Shown here: positions 50,345 to 63,012 of the stretch, in pieces | Layout: each line of letters opens with the position of its first letter | Numbering within the stretch: the stretch's first letter is position 1 | NCBI RefSeq assembly: GCF_006345805.1 | Contig: NC_043001.1 | Coordinates: 37,386,001-37,450,000, forward strand | From: Octopus sinensis | Taxonomy: Eukaryota | Length of the DNA: 64,000 bases | Direction of reading: 5' to 3' | Made by a program: the position numbers and the translations under genes | Notes under the pieces: model-generated | Database searches by the model: none | What the model was told of the DNA's origin: nothing | What the model saw: the letters and a program-made list of their open reading frames with translations, nothing else

Positions 50345-51904
50345 GTATAGATGAATAGTTAAGTATTCAATGTTCACATTTGGAACTTTTAATTTCAAAA
50401 TCCTTACAACCAAGTTCCTCAGTTACCAATTTTACTGTAGCAAGCACACTAGCTGGAAAGGATCCACTAAAGAAGTTTCACCAAGGTCCCAGTGCAAACA
50501 ATGCAAGACCAAGTAAGCCACCATGTTGATCTCCTGAGGCAGAAAGAAACCCTAGCCACTAAAGGATAGATGAAAGAGCTTCCAATAAGCTTAGCAAGCA
50601 AAGTGGTAGAGCTCTGGACCCTTTTTCAATGAATTAAGAATGATATTGTGTCTGAGTGAAAGCATTTTATAAAATTGAGTTTTGAGAACTTCTCCAGGGT
50701 CCTCAGAAGTATTACTTACATATGTCCTTACAGTGTGGACAGTTGCTTTGCATTCTAGTTTTGTGCCAGCCTCAAGCTGTGGCTGTGAATTCCAAAGAGA
50801 AGTAGAAAACCAATGACAAGTACACTTTCCAGTTATGGTATCTCAAAAGTACACTCGACAGCTTAAAGAGTGGAGATTGCTATTAGGTTTAAGGTGATCT
50901 TAGTACCTAATAACTAGGGACATGTGTAGAGGAGACTTCTAATGATAATGAACATAAAGCTTAATGTTTGTTTTGAATTGAGAATTTGTAAGCTCAAATA
51001 TCTTATGCTTCTGGTGGTACACATACAAAGTGGATAAAGGATCATATAACCAGCAAATATTGGTGATTCTTGTCCTTTCACCTCAAATAGACCAAAAAAG
51101 AACATATATTTGCTTTAAGCAATGCAAGTAATACTCTGTTTTATACAATTGATAACTTGTTTGTTATTTTACAAAGCTGAATTCAACTCCTACAGGTTCA
51201 AAGAAAACATGCCAGCAAATATCCTTCAGACCAGAACTTCATAATTGTCTTAGACGACTATGCCGTTGATTTAAGCTACATCTGTTAAAGTCACATATTG
51301 CGAGGGTATGTATGCAACGTGATAGAACCAAATGCTGAACTTTCAAAATGTCTTGCATAGTTTTATTATGCTGTCAATTGATGTCTGTAGAGATGCAGTT
51401 TTGCATTTGTGTATGTATGCATATTCAAATATACACACAAACATGATATAATGATAGTTAATCAAATTCAACAATGACCTAGCTGCTAGAAGAAAAAATA
51501 TATATAAATTAAAGAAAGAGATATAAAATGAAAGAAAGAAATAAAGAAGAAAACAGAAGATGCTTAAAGTTATATCCATTTATTGGGGATTAATAAGGGC
51601 TATGACTTCAGTCACATGGCACCTCCACAGGAGATGCCTTTGTGCAGAGGAGCAATGAACCACAGCTGCTCCTAGCCATACTACACTTTCTGAGTACCTG
51701 AAGATACAGAAATGATGGTATTTCATTGTCATGAATGTGTGATATGTGTACTTCTGCAGTGGAAGTTCTACCATCTGTGACTCCAAGAAGTTTCAATGAA
51801 GTCCATGACCAGGCATGCAGTATTTCACCAGAGGGTGTTGTCATATAGGAGGGACAGATAACTGCAACTGCTCCTGCCTGATCTACACCTTCTGTGCATC
51901 TGAA

Positions 51905-52075
51905 ACTTCGTTCTGAGTTCAAATTCCGCCGAGGTCGACTTTGCCTTCCATCCTTTCGAGGTCGATAAATTAAGTACCAGTTATGCACTGGGGTCGATAT
52001 AATCGACTTAATCCGTTTGTCTGTCCTTGTTTGTCCCCTCTGTATTTAGCCCCTTGTGGGTAGTAAAGAAATAGG
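51905..52075 (+). mobile_element. 5'-truncated family-B SINE
   Basis: B box, Nin-like core and tail. Confidence 0.85.
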
Positions 52076-52910
52076 TATTCATATGTTATAAATGTTTATA
52101 ATATCCCAACCACAACAACAAGACTATTTGACTTTTAGTTGGAGGTCCGTGTCACACAGTTCTATTTGCTAGATATAGGTGCCAAATTAGCGCAAGCTTT
52201 TTGTCTTTTGAACTAAAAATGTGTTGTATACACATCATACTCATTCTCTTGCTCTTACTGAGTATGTCCAGTGAGTGGCAAGATAAGGTCAAAACAACTG
52301 AACTTGTGTGAAAATGCAATCTCTTGCTAAACTGTGTAAAGAGTGCCATGTAACTTGGTGTGTGTCGAAGCCATAAAACACTATTCCAGATGTTTGCCCT
52401 GCATTATGACTTCTAGCCCAGCATTACAGTATGTACCGGTTTCCTCGATTGGTTTGCTATCACCAACTTTGAAGCTGTGGGAATGAAGGTTACTTACTGC
52501 TTCCATGCCTCATTTGAATGAAACAAAATCATTCCACTAACTATACACACATATACATAATATGCATGTATACACATTATTAGATACATTTGAGTTCATC
52601 TGCCCTTTGACATTATTTTTGAAATTGCTTTCCATCTGTGAGAGAAAGAGAGAAGCTCCAGAATTGTTTTTAGTTTTAAAATTTTAATGTCTGGGATAGT
52701 TTATATACTTTACCTTTTATTATAAAATAAATGTTAAGATTTTAATGTAAATTATTACATGATATTTATCATAAATACTAAATTTATACAAAAATAGAAA
52801 TAGGTCAAGTGACGGAACTCAAAAGCCATACACTTGCCATTTACTAAATAACTATGATACTGATTGCTCTACAAGGCACTTACCATCCAATTTCTTTAAA
52901 TTGGATAACC

Positions 52911-53268
52911 AGGTGCAGGAGTGTCTGTGTGTGGTAAGTAGCTTGCTTACCAACCACATGGTTCCAGGTTCAATCCCACTGTGTGGCAAGTGTCTTCTAC
53001 TATAGCCTTGGGCCAACCAAAGCTTTGTGAGTGGATTTGGTAGATGGAAACTGAAAGAACCCATCATATGTGTGTATGTGTTTGTCCCCACTAACATCAC
53101 TTGACAACTGATGCTGGTGTGTTTACGTCCCCATAACTTAGTGGTTTGGCAAAAGAGACTTATAGAATAAGTACTAGGCTTACAAAGAATAAGTCCTGGG
53201 ATCGATTTGCTCAACTAAAGGCAGTGCTCCAGCATGACCGCAATTAAATGACTGAAACAAATAAAAGA
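52911..53268 (+). mobile_element. tRNA-derived SINE, family A
   Basis: Same family as 10552. Confidence 0.85.
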
Positions 53269-53959
53269 ATAATTTGTTTCTGTCAGCAAACAAATCGATA
53301 TGTGGTTCAAACCTTCCCAGCAGCTTCTTTTGACCTTTTCTTTCTCAAATTAGTGCTAATAATATCAAATATTTATCAGGACACCATTCTTTTTTCTAAT
53401 GTCCCTTTTATTTACAGACTGGCCCTATAATTTCAAAATTAATTGCATCCTCTTTGATTTTATGAAGCCCAACTTTTATGCAACTGATGTTGAGATACTT
53501 AGTTACTTGGCAAAATGTCCCAAACACGGAAGTTATGGTCCAAATGTAAAATTTATATATTCATCATCATGTGTTCCCTTTCCATTTATTTAAAAATAAT
53601 TATATATGTGTTCTGAACAAATAACCTCCACAAAGAGCAGCTACTGTTTTCTTTCCCTGAGAAATCCATTCAGTTTATTATGCTTGGGTTCCATTGATGT
53701 CAGAATCAGTACAATCTCAGCAATGTTCTCTGCCTTTGTGCTTGTGTTTACTTTCATGTCATTGTACCCCCCCAGATTTATTATATGTATATTACCCTCC
53801 CAGATTATCTATCTTACCCATTACTCACAAGTAAATATGACATGCTTCTTGTACCATGCTTTTGCTAACTGCTATTGGTATTTATGTAGTTACAAGTAGA
53901 TGTATGACATATCCTCAAATAGAAACAACACAAAATAATGTACCTTGCTCATATATATA

Positions 53960-54189
53960 TTTCTTTATTGACCACAAGGGGCTAAACATAGAGGGGACAA
54001 ACAAGGACAGACAAAGGGATTAAGTCAAATACATCGACCCCAGTGCTTAATTGGTACTTTATTTATCAACCCCGAAAGGATGAAAGGCAAAGTCGACCTT
54101 GGCGGAATTTGAACTCAGAATGTAACAGCAGACAAAATACTGCTAAGTATTTCACCCTACACGCTAACATTTCTGCCAGCTCACCGCCT
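53960..54189 (-). mobile_element. tRNA-derived SINE, family B
   Basis: Same family as 34519. Confidence 0.85.
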
Positions 54190-54939
54190 TGCTCATATAT
54201 AATCAAACACATGAATTTATGATCGTTAGTCACTGATCAGAATTAATGATTATGTGACAATTTTTTATGTGATACTGTTTTGGTCTTTTATGCATTAAGC
54301 ATTTGGATGGGACCCTTTTTTAATCCTGTAGAATTAACCTTAAGAACTGAGATGTTATATACTTGTTGGAACTTCATAATGGACATCAAGTATAGTATAT
54401 TTTATCAATAAACACTATGTATTTCAACTATATATGTGTATGTGTGTGTGTGAATGTTTACAATTTATACAGTTACAGCACTGTTTGCAGCTCAACTACA
54501 AGTGGTGACATCATATGTGGTTGGGTTGCCACAGGTGACATTTGTTGACATTTCCTGTCAACATCACATCTGCTAGTTTTGTACTTGTGAATTCCACTGA
54601 AATAAAACATCACTTACTGTAAAAATCCTGCTTCAGATATTCCTTCCCCACTTTGTCTAAGCTCTATTAGCATGGAAAAACTAATGTCAAATGAACAAGC
54701 TAAAGATATGTACACTTCTCTCAGAGAATTAACCCTGAGTGTTTCATCTGTTTGGCTATCAACTGGTACCAAATATATATTTTGAAAATTTCTGTATTAA
54801 CCAACACTGATAACATGGGAGAAAATGGATATAGAGGAATAAATAATATTTGAAGGTTTAAAATTTTATTGAACAATAAATCTTGACTATTCTGTTAAAA
54901 ACTGATAATTTATACAGTTATGTTATTATTAATGTAATT

Positions 54940-55175
54940 GATGTGGAGATGCGTGGCTTAGTGGTTAGGGCATTTGGCTGACAAAAATGAGTAGTACCTG
55001 TATTTCAAAGGGCCAGCCTTGTTACACTGTGTGTCACGCTGAATCTACCTGAGAACTATGTTAAGGGTACACATGTCTGTGGAGTGCTCAACCACTTGCA
55101 CGTTAATTTCATGAGCAAGCTGTTCTGTTGATCATATCAGCTGGGACCCTTGTCGTCGTAACCGACAGAGTGCTC
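54940..55175 (+). mobile_element. tRNA-derived SINE, family C, internally deleted
   Basis: tggcttagtggttaggg A box; body matches the reverse complement of 58040-58340. Confidence 0.75.
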
Positions 55176-56987
55176 CTACTACTACTAATGTGGAGAGCAA
55201 TAAAGAGCTAACTAGAAATAAATATAAAGTGAGGAAAAACAATATTAATTAATTACTAATATTTTCTTGGGTTAGTGCAGGAGACAAATCTTAGTCCTGA
55301 CATATTTTAGTCTTATTCTGATCTCATCTGCAAAGCATAGACTTCACTATACTTGATGAAAGAATCACCAAGTAAACGAACTTGATTGTACAGTAATTTG
55401 TTGATACAGAAAAACAGAACAATTTAAAGATGGTGTCTAAATTTAGTATTCTACTAACTTACTGAATTAAATTTACATAACATGGTTGGACTTAAGAAAG
55501 AGATACCACCATAAAACATTTTACTGTAATTGTATATACTATGATGGCTCAAATACTTAAAAACTGCTCAACTTACTGACCACAGCATGGTCAACAGTTT
55601 ATTCTAATAATTTGTATATCTAAGATTGAATCAAATATGAGTAAGTCAGGAAGTTACAAAATGAAACTACAATTGCTAAAACTGATATATTATGTAATTG
55701 CCTTAAGCAATCAAAGAGAGATTGGTTATTTTTTTTTATTATATTTATTATGGTTCAAGGAAACAAGTTCATTCATGTTCTAATATTGACTGTTTTCCCC
55801 CCCTGTGAGGTGATATAAACCATTGTACAAAGATTTGGATTTTGTCTGACAAGCAATCGTTATTTACATAAGCATTAGAAATTCCACCTCATTACTGAAT
55901 TTACAAAGTTTAACTGTGAGGTGGAGGAACAAAAACCTTCATAAAAACATTTAGCAAAGAATCATGAAAACTGAATAAGCAGTAGCATAAATTTGTGTTA
56001 TTATTGAGTCTCAGGGTGACTTGTGAAACAGCTAACAAATCAAAATGTTTGGAAGAGATCCAATAAATTAATTTTCACTTTGATCTGAGATTTATATTAC
56101 ATACCGTTATCATTTAAGAATTGTTTGTGTAGCACTCAGTGTAAAAGTTAGGACATGTCACATCTAGTTTGCTGTCAAATATAGTTTTGTATAGCTGATG
56201 ATGGCAATAGATCAGGGTGTAGGTTTGGCTTGGCCTGTGCAGGTTAGACATGTTTGTTTGAGATTTATTAGTAAAGCGGGTGGTAATTCAGCAAGATTGT
56301 GTCATCTCTTTAATAGAAAAATAAGAAACGGAATTTAGTAAATTAGATGAATGTTGTGCCATTAAACATGGAAAATCAATACATTGAGAAACAATCATTT
56401 CTATCTTTGACAAAATATAAATTTCTTTTCACAAGCTACAAAGATAATTTGGTAGCAATTGTCATATCAATTTACGTGACAGTGATAAATATGATTTTAA
56501 TTTACTGAATCCTGAAGTATGTAGTATAAAGATGAAGTTAGTGAAACTTGAATTTTAGACAGACGGAGAAAACTCGTTATGTTTTGTATCAACTTGACTA
56601 CCTTTCTTTTACTATAGTATAAAATAAAAGCATCATTAAGTGTTCCATGTTTCTTAACAGTATATCCTAAAAGAACACTCTCCACTTGTAAATGTAACTT
56701 TTCATCTTTGCCATAACTTGTTATAACTTGTTATTCATAATAGATTACTCCCCAGAACTTTGAGCAAATTGGTTTTATTTCTGTTATTTAATTTCTTGAG
56801 CTGTACTCATTGAGAAGACAAAGCATCAGACACCTTGTTTTTTTCTATGTTTTTCTAAATATTTTTATTTTTAAATATCACTGCAGTTTTTACACTATAC
56901 CGTAGAACACACACACTCTCTCTCACACACACACACCTTTATGTAATGTATATAATTAAGATGTCTTTATTTCATTTCAGTTTAGAG

Positions 56988-57134
56988 ATGGTTGATCATT
57001 CTGAGCAATCACAGAGTGTATTGGCTCGGGGAGTGAAGATCACAGAATTTTCTCAAGACCAGATCAATCCACAACCAGTGAACTGTGAGGAAACTGATAT
57101 TTTGTTACGACAGTATCTCTCTCCAAGAAAACTG
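56988..57134 (+). CDS. LRRC56: LRRC56 first coding exon (acceptor at 56980, exon starts 56981)
   Basis: ttcatttcag|tttagag ATG...AGA AAA CTG|gtaaat gives 49 aa ending ILLRQYLSPRKL, similar to LRRC56 EEYLSPARL. Phase 0 joins the next exon. Confidence 0.85.
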
Positions 57135-58039
57135 GTAAATTGTTTTTAGAAATTTTAATTTTCTATTTTTGAAATGACTTTTCTGAAACATATGTAGATA
57201 TGACATGAACAGAAAATGAGTCAGTATATATACATAAATATGTATGTATGTGCAAACTATATTATATATATATGAAATAGCCATCTATGTATCATACCTA
57301 TATATACATGGTTGACAGGCAAGATACTGTGGTTTTCATCCAAGATAAAATTCTTATAGACGTACCATATTAAAAACGCCATATATATATTGGGAATTTC
57401 TTTCAGTTTTGGTCCATTTACAAGGCTTTGGTTAGTATGGGGTTATATTAGAAGACATTTGCCTTGTTACTCCAGGCTGACCAAAGCCTTATGAATGTAC
57501 ATAAATGTGTGTGTGCTTGTGCATGCAAGTATGTGTGTGTGTTTGTGTTTGTGCATGCAAATGTGTGTGTGTGTGTATTTATGCCTGTTTACATATAGAT
57601 AAGACTGAGCTGTCAGAATCATTAGCATGCTGGGCAAAGTGCTTAGTGGTATTTCGTACATCCTTACTTTCTAAATTCAAATTTCACCAAGGTTGACTTT
57701 AACTTTCAACCTTTTATCATCATCATCATCATATAACATCCATTATCCATGCTGGCATGGGTTGGATGATTTGACCAGGCTGGCATGCTGGAAGGCTGCA
57801 CCAGACTCCAGTCTGATTTCAGAGTCAATAAAATAAGTACCACTTGAGCACTGGGGTTAATGTAATCAATTTAACTACTCCTGGGTAAGAGTATAAAAAC
57901 TGCACCTCTCTGCTAAGTCATATTGAGCCAGTCTGACGGAGCAGGCTCATCAAACCAGTATAATCTCTTGGAGGAAAGAACATGCTGAGTCCTTCATTCT
58001 GCAGTGGACTGAACAGAGAAAGTCCATTCCAATCCATAT

Positions 58040-58340
58040 TGCACTCTGTTGGTTATGATGACAAGGGTTCCAATTGATCCAATCAATGGAACAGCCTGCT
58101 CTTGAAATTAATGTATAAGTGGTTGAGCACTCCTGAAATACATGTACCCTTAATGTAGTTCTCAAGGGGAGGTTCAGTGTGACACAGAGTGTGACTAGGC
58201 TGGCTCTTTCAAATACAGATACTACTCATTTTTGTCAGCTGAGTGGACTGGAACAATGGGAAATAAAGTGTCTTGCTCAAGGATACAACATACCACCAGG
58301 TATTGAACTCATGACCTTACAATCATGAACCAAATACCCT
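58040..58340 (-). mobile_element. tRNA-derived SINE, family C
   Basis: Minus-strand head ggtatgtggctgagtggttaggg...gagttcaatacc. Confidence 0.75.
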
Positions 58341-58449
58341 AACCACTCAGCCACATACCTTTACTCCAACCCATACATGTATGTATGTATATCATTGTTC
58401 ATCGTTTAATGTCCACCTTCTATGCTGGCATATATATTTATAATTTAAT

Positions 58450-58655
58450 AAACACAGTATATATTTTTTGAGTTACTAATAGCTTCATGTGATGCAAACA
58501 CCTCAGACAGCATTTTTTATCATGTCTGGTGCCTTCACACAATCCTCAAGCTATATCAGGATATAGCCTGAGGATTGCATGAAGGTACCAGACGTGATAA
58601 AAAATGCTTTATTGCATGAAACAATTAGTAGCTCATAAAAATATATATTGTGTTT
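58450..58655. repeat. Long fold-back palindrome, possibly a palindromic MITE
   Basis: Inner arms 58509-58557 and 58560-58608 match at 44 of 49 positions; outer arms about 58450-58493 and 58611-58655. Confidence 0.9.
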
Positions 58656-59421
58656 CTTCCCTCTCTGTTAGAAGGTACAAGCATTTACACACACATGTAC
58701 ACACACGGCGGTAACTTCCCCCTGACAAATTCAATTACAAGGCTTTGGTTGGCCCGGGGATATAGCGGAAGACACTTGCCCAAGGTGCGACGCAGTGGGA
58801 CTGAACCTGAAACCATGTAGCTGGGAAGTAAGCTTCCTAACCACACATCTCTCACCTGATGAAGTACTTTTTTTTGTTAATCAAAGTGTACGGTATTATA
58901 TATCCATTATGACCAATCTTATCAACCGGTTTTGCATTTGGGATTCAAAAGAGTGTTCGGTAACTGTCTGATTATGTAACCTTGTGCTCTTCAGTGGTAG
59001 CTGTTGTGGAATGAAATATGGCAACTGCTTTCTGTTGTTGGAGGTGAATAGACACATCTGGTTTGTGGTTGCTGTGAAAAAGATTATAAAATAAAATGAG
59101 CTATGGTTAAGTTGTCTCTTGGTACAAAATCATCAACTGTGGGAGTGGTTTTGTTGCAACTCAGCAAGAGGTTTCTGGAAAAAAAGTTTATAGGAAATGT
59201 GTGTATTTGTAAGTTTGATGTTCTTGTGGCAATGGAGTGTATGTAGTGTTAGTATATATGTATAGCCATTGCAGTGGGACGGGGGTATACACATCTGTGT
59301 TCATTAGTATGTTTTCTTTCTTTTATGTACATACGTATGTATGTACATATGTATATATATATGTACATATGGTATAGATGTATGTATGTACGTATGTATT
59401 TATGTACATACATACATACAC

Positions 59422-59576
59422 ACAAAATTGACTGGGTAAATATCAGTTGTTGTTGTTAGGTGAGTTCCAACTGAGCAAAAAAAGTACGTGCATATGTACT
59501 TTGCTCATTCAGAACTCACCTGGGGTTAATCAAAAACAACAACAGCAACAATTGATATTTACCCAGTCAATTTTGT
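59422..59576. repeat. Long hairpin next to an LRRC56 3' splice site
   Basis: Perfect 24-bp arms at 59422-59445 and 59553-59576, plus inner stems. Confidence 0.92.
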
Positions 59577-59591
59577 CCTCTTTAATTTCAG

Positions 59592-59740
59592 TGTCTGTTG
59601 TCTGGAGTTGATGACCTCGAAGATGTGAAAACCCTTGACCTGAAAGTGGACACATCAGAAATGAGTCTTGGAAACTTTGGCTCCCTTGTTCCAAATCTGT
59701 GGGAATTAAAACTCTCTACCAGTATCATACACTCAATTAG
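59592..59740 (+). CDS. LRRC56: LRRC56 second coding exon
   Basis: tttaatttcag|TGT CTG...TCA ATT AG|gtaggt gives CLLSGVDDLEDVKTLDLKVDTSEMSLGNFGSLVPNLWELKLSTSIIHSI(R), matching LRRC56 VDDLRLVRTLEMCVDTREGSLGNFGVHLPNLDQLKL. 149 nt. Gene continues past the window. Confidence 0.92.
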
Positions 59741-60107
59741 GTAGGTTAACCCTAATTTTTCTGCATGGAATCAAGATATTTAATATCTAGTAGGTACAGG
59801 TGTGTGTGTGTGTGTGTAGTTACACAGCTTGCTTCCCAACCTTGTCTTGGATGCAGTCTCACATTGTGGTACCTGTCTTCTAGTATAGCTCCAAGCTAAC
59901 CAAACTTTTGAGAGTGGATTTGGTAGATGGAAACTGAAAGAGGCCCATCATATATGTGTGTGTGGGTGTGTGTGTATCAAGGATGTATATTCTGGGTGTG
60001 CTAGATGTGTGCTGCACTCCCATAGAAAATGGCAAATACACTAGAAACACTACAAGTTTAAGCAGTATCAGAAATACACAGTTTTATGCCTAATTTGAGT
60101 AATATTC

Positions 60108-60320
60108 TTTTCTACTCTAGACACAAGGCCCAAAATTTTGGGGGAAGAGGCCAAGCGATTAGATCAACCCCAGTATATAACTGGTACTTAATTTATCGAC
60201 CTCAAAAAGACGAAAGACAAAGTCGATCTTAGCGAAATTTGAACTCAGTATGTAAAGACTGACGAAATGCTGTTAAGCATTTCTCCTGGCGTGCTAACGT
60301 TTCTGCCAGCTCGCCGCCTT
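60108..60320 (-). mobile_element. tRNA-derived SINE, family B variant
   Basis: Ends tttctgccagctcgccgcctt; Nin-like core. Confidence 0.8.
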
Positions 60321-60654
60321 TAACTTGAGTAATATTAATGTTAGTCATAGTATGGTCAGTTTGGCAGCACACATGATGAGAGCAACCACCATATGCCATT
60401 GATATACATATATGTAAAGGTAAGATTCAAGGATCAAGGTGTAAGAAGCTAGTTAGCTTCAAGCAGTCCGTAGAAGGTATACAAAACAACTTGCAAGAAC
60501 AATAGTGGGTTATTGATGTAGAAGGTTGTAAATTTTTCCCATATTGAAGTTTGATAAACTGAAAAAAATTATTTTATAGTTTATGGTTAGTAGCTGGGTT
60601 TGCTGTGTATGCAATTTATATATATATATATATAGAAAGAGAGAGAGAGAGAGA

Positions 60655-61060
60655 GAGATATTATATAAAATCCGTTCTGTCTGTCTGTCTTCTAGGATCT
60701 CGGGCATCTTCCATCCGATTGCACTCAAATTTGATATATAGATACCGACGGCATAAGGGCGTGCATAAGTCTTGAAAAAATTACAAAAATCGATTCCAGG
60801 TGAGAGTGCAATCAATAAAACCGTGGCAACGTGCATTTGTACACGCAAGTGCATTTGTACTCGCAAGTGCATCAGCTGTTGCGATCGATACTACGCATAC
60901 ACAAGAAAAATGCACGGTGTCTCAAATTTAATTAAGTCAGCGTTTCTCAAAGGGGAGGCCTATGGGACGGTTGGACATGTTGTTTTGAGAAAATTTGATT
61001 TAAATGTTTGACAACTCAGCACCGTCCATTGGACGCGGGGGGTGGGGGGCATTTTGCTCA
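60655..61060 (+). mobile_element. Helitron-like element, 5' part
   Basis: tatataaaatccgttctgtctgtctgtc...ccatccgattgcactcaaattt resembles the 5' ends at 26148 and 3546; no clear CTAG end found. Confidence 0.5.
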
Positions 61061-61420
61061 TATAGATATATAGATATATAAGTATATGATTTAAGTTATA
61101 GAACGAAGTTCGACAAATTCAATCATATTTTTCATAAATGGAGGAGATTAGATGTTAATATGGGATAAAATATTTATTCAATTCGCCAGACAATCGTTTC
61201 GTACAGAAACACAATAAATTCATTTTTAGAATCTGTATTGTCAAAGATTACTCGTCTGCAGCACAGTAAGAAAAAATAAGCACTTAATAAAGAAAAAGGT
61301 GGACTTCAGAATTACGTGGGTACTGTGTTCTTACTAATTTTTAATGTGTAATTGCTCTAGGAGTCATGTCTATTTAAAACACGACTAATGGGTAACGGTT
61401 AGATGATGATATTTTTTTGT

Positions 61421-61821
61421 TTTTACTTGTTTCAGTCATTTGACTGCGACCATGCTGGAGCACCGCCTTTAGTCGAGCAAATCGACCCCAGGACTTATTC
61501 TTTGTAAGCCCAGTACTTATTTTATCGGTCTCTTTTGCCGAACGGCTAAGTGATGGGGACATAAACACACCAGCATCGGTTGTCAAGCAATGCTAGGGGG
61601 ACAAACACAGACACACAAACACATACATATATATATACATATATATATACATATATACGACAGGCTTCTTTCAGTTTCCGTCTACCAAATCCATTCACAA
61701 GGCATTGGTCGGCCCGGGGCTATAGCAGAAGACACTTGCCCAAGATGTCTCGCAGTGGGACTGAACCCGGAACTATGTGGTTGGTTAGCAAGCTACTTAC
61801 CACACAGCCACTCCTGTGCCT
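61421..61821 (-). mobile_element. tRNA-derived SINE, family A
   Basis: Same family as 10552. Confidence 0.88.
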
Positions 61822-62268
61822 ATGAAACATATGAAATATATGTAACATAGAAATATAGGTAACTTTCTCTCTATAGATAAGTGTAAACGAGCTAGTTTTA
61901 AACTCCATATAAGACGTAAGAAGCAAGTGGGGTTGAAAATCCAAATACGGAAGTATGGAATTTTTAAATATCGGAGACTGAAATTTATATTTGATCGTAA
62001 TAATCATTTCGGCTTTTTTATAAATTAGAAAAAATGGTTAAGAGCCTTCGTTTATAATAGAATGTTTATGTAAATAATATGTCAGAAATGTAGAAAGATA
62101 TAATTTACAGAAAGTAGTTAAAGCAGTAAATATTAGATACTAATAGGGGGTTAATACAACAATATAAGGAAAGTATAAAAAGTATAAGGATAATAAATAA
62201 AATATGAAGATTGGGTGGTATTTTACTTACAATATTCACTGCTAAAACTATGAAACATCTTTAGAATG

Positions 62269-62271
<3 letters not shown>

Positions 62272-62331
<60 letters not shown>
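62272..62331. repeat. (TA)n microsatellite
   Basis: Directly visible; one of many TA, TG, GA and CAT microsatellites in the window. Confidence 0.95.
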
Positions 62332-62333
<2 letters not shown>

Positions 62334-62969
62334 TAATTTTAGGGTAGCAAAAAAATTCTAGAAAAATTCTCCACTACCAGTGGTCTAGCGAGAGGGAAAA
62401 AATAGTCAATAGACTATATAATATACATTTAAACACATAAGAGATGGCCATAATAGGACATCTGACTCACTAGAAAGAGCAGTTAAACTAATAATTGTAA
62501 TCCTGAAATGGAAAGAGAAATAAAAATGTTCACCCTATCTTTCCTGGACTATGCATAGTTTCGGCAATCTTTTGTAAATAAAATAAAATTATTTTCATTT
62601 ACGATTGGCGTTGCCATCTTCAGCAGGAAGCCAATTATTAGTGGTTTGGAGTTTATATATATATATATATATAGATAAAACTTATTTGGAAGTGGATGCG
62701 TGGCGTTCGATCATATAATAACTTACCTTCGAAACACGGAGTAGTCGAAACAGGGGCAACTGAAGAAGGGGAATATTCCTCGTGTTGTATGTCTTGTACT
62801 CTGTTTTTTCATTGTTTGAAAAAAGTCCGTTCCCATGTTTTTGTTTTTGTTTTCGTTTCTCATTGTGTTCATTTTTTGGTGTCCTGTACCAATATATGCA
62901 TGTATATATATATATATATATACATGTAGGTATGTACATATATGTATGTATATATGCATATGTTTTACT

Positions 62970-63012
<43 letters not shown>

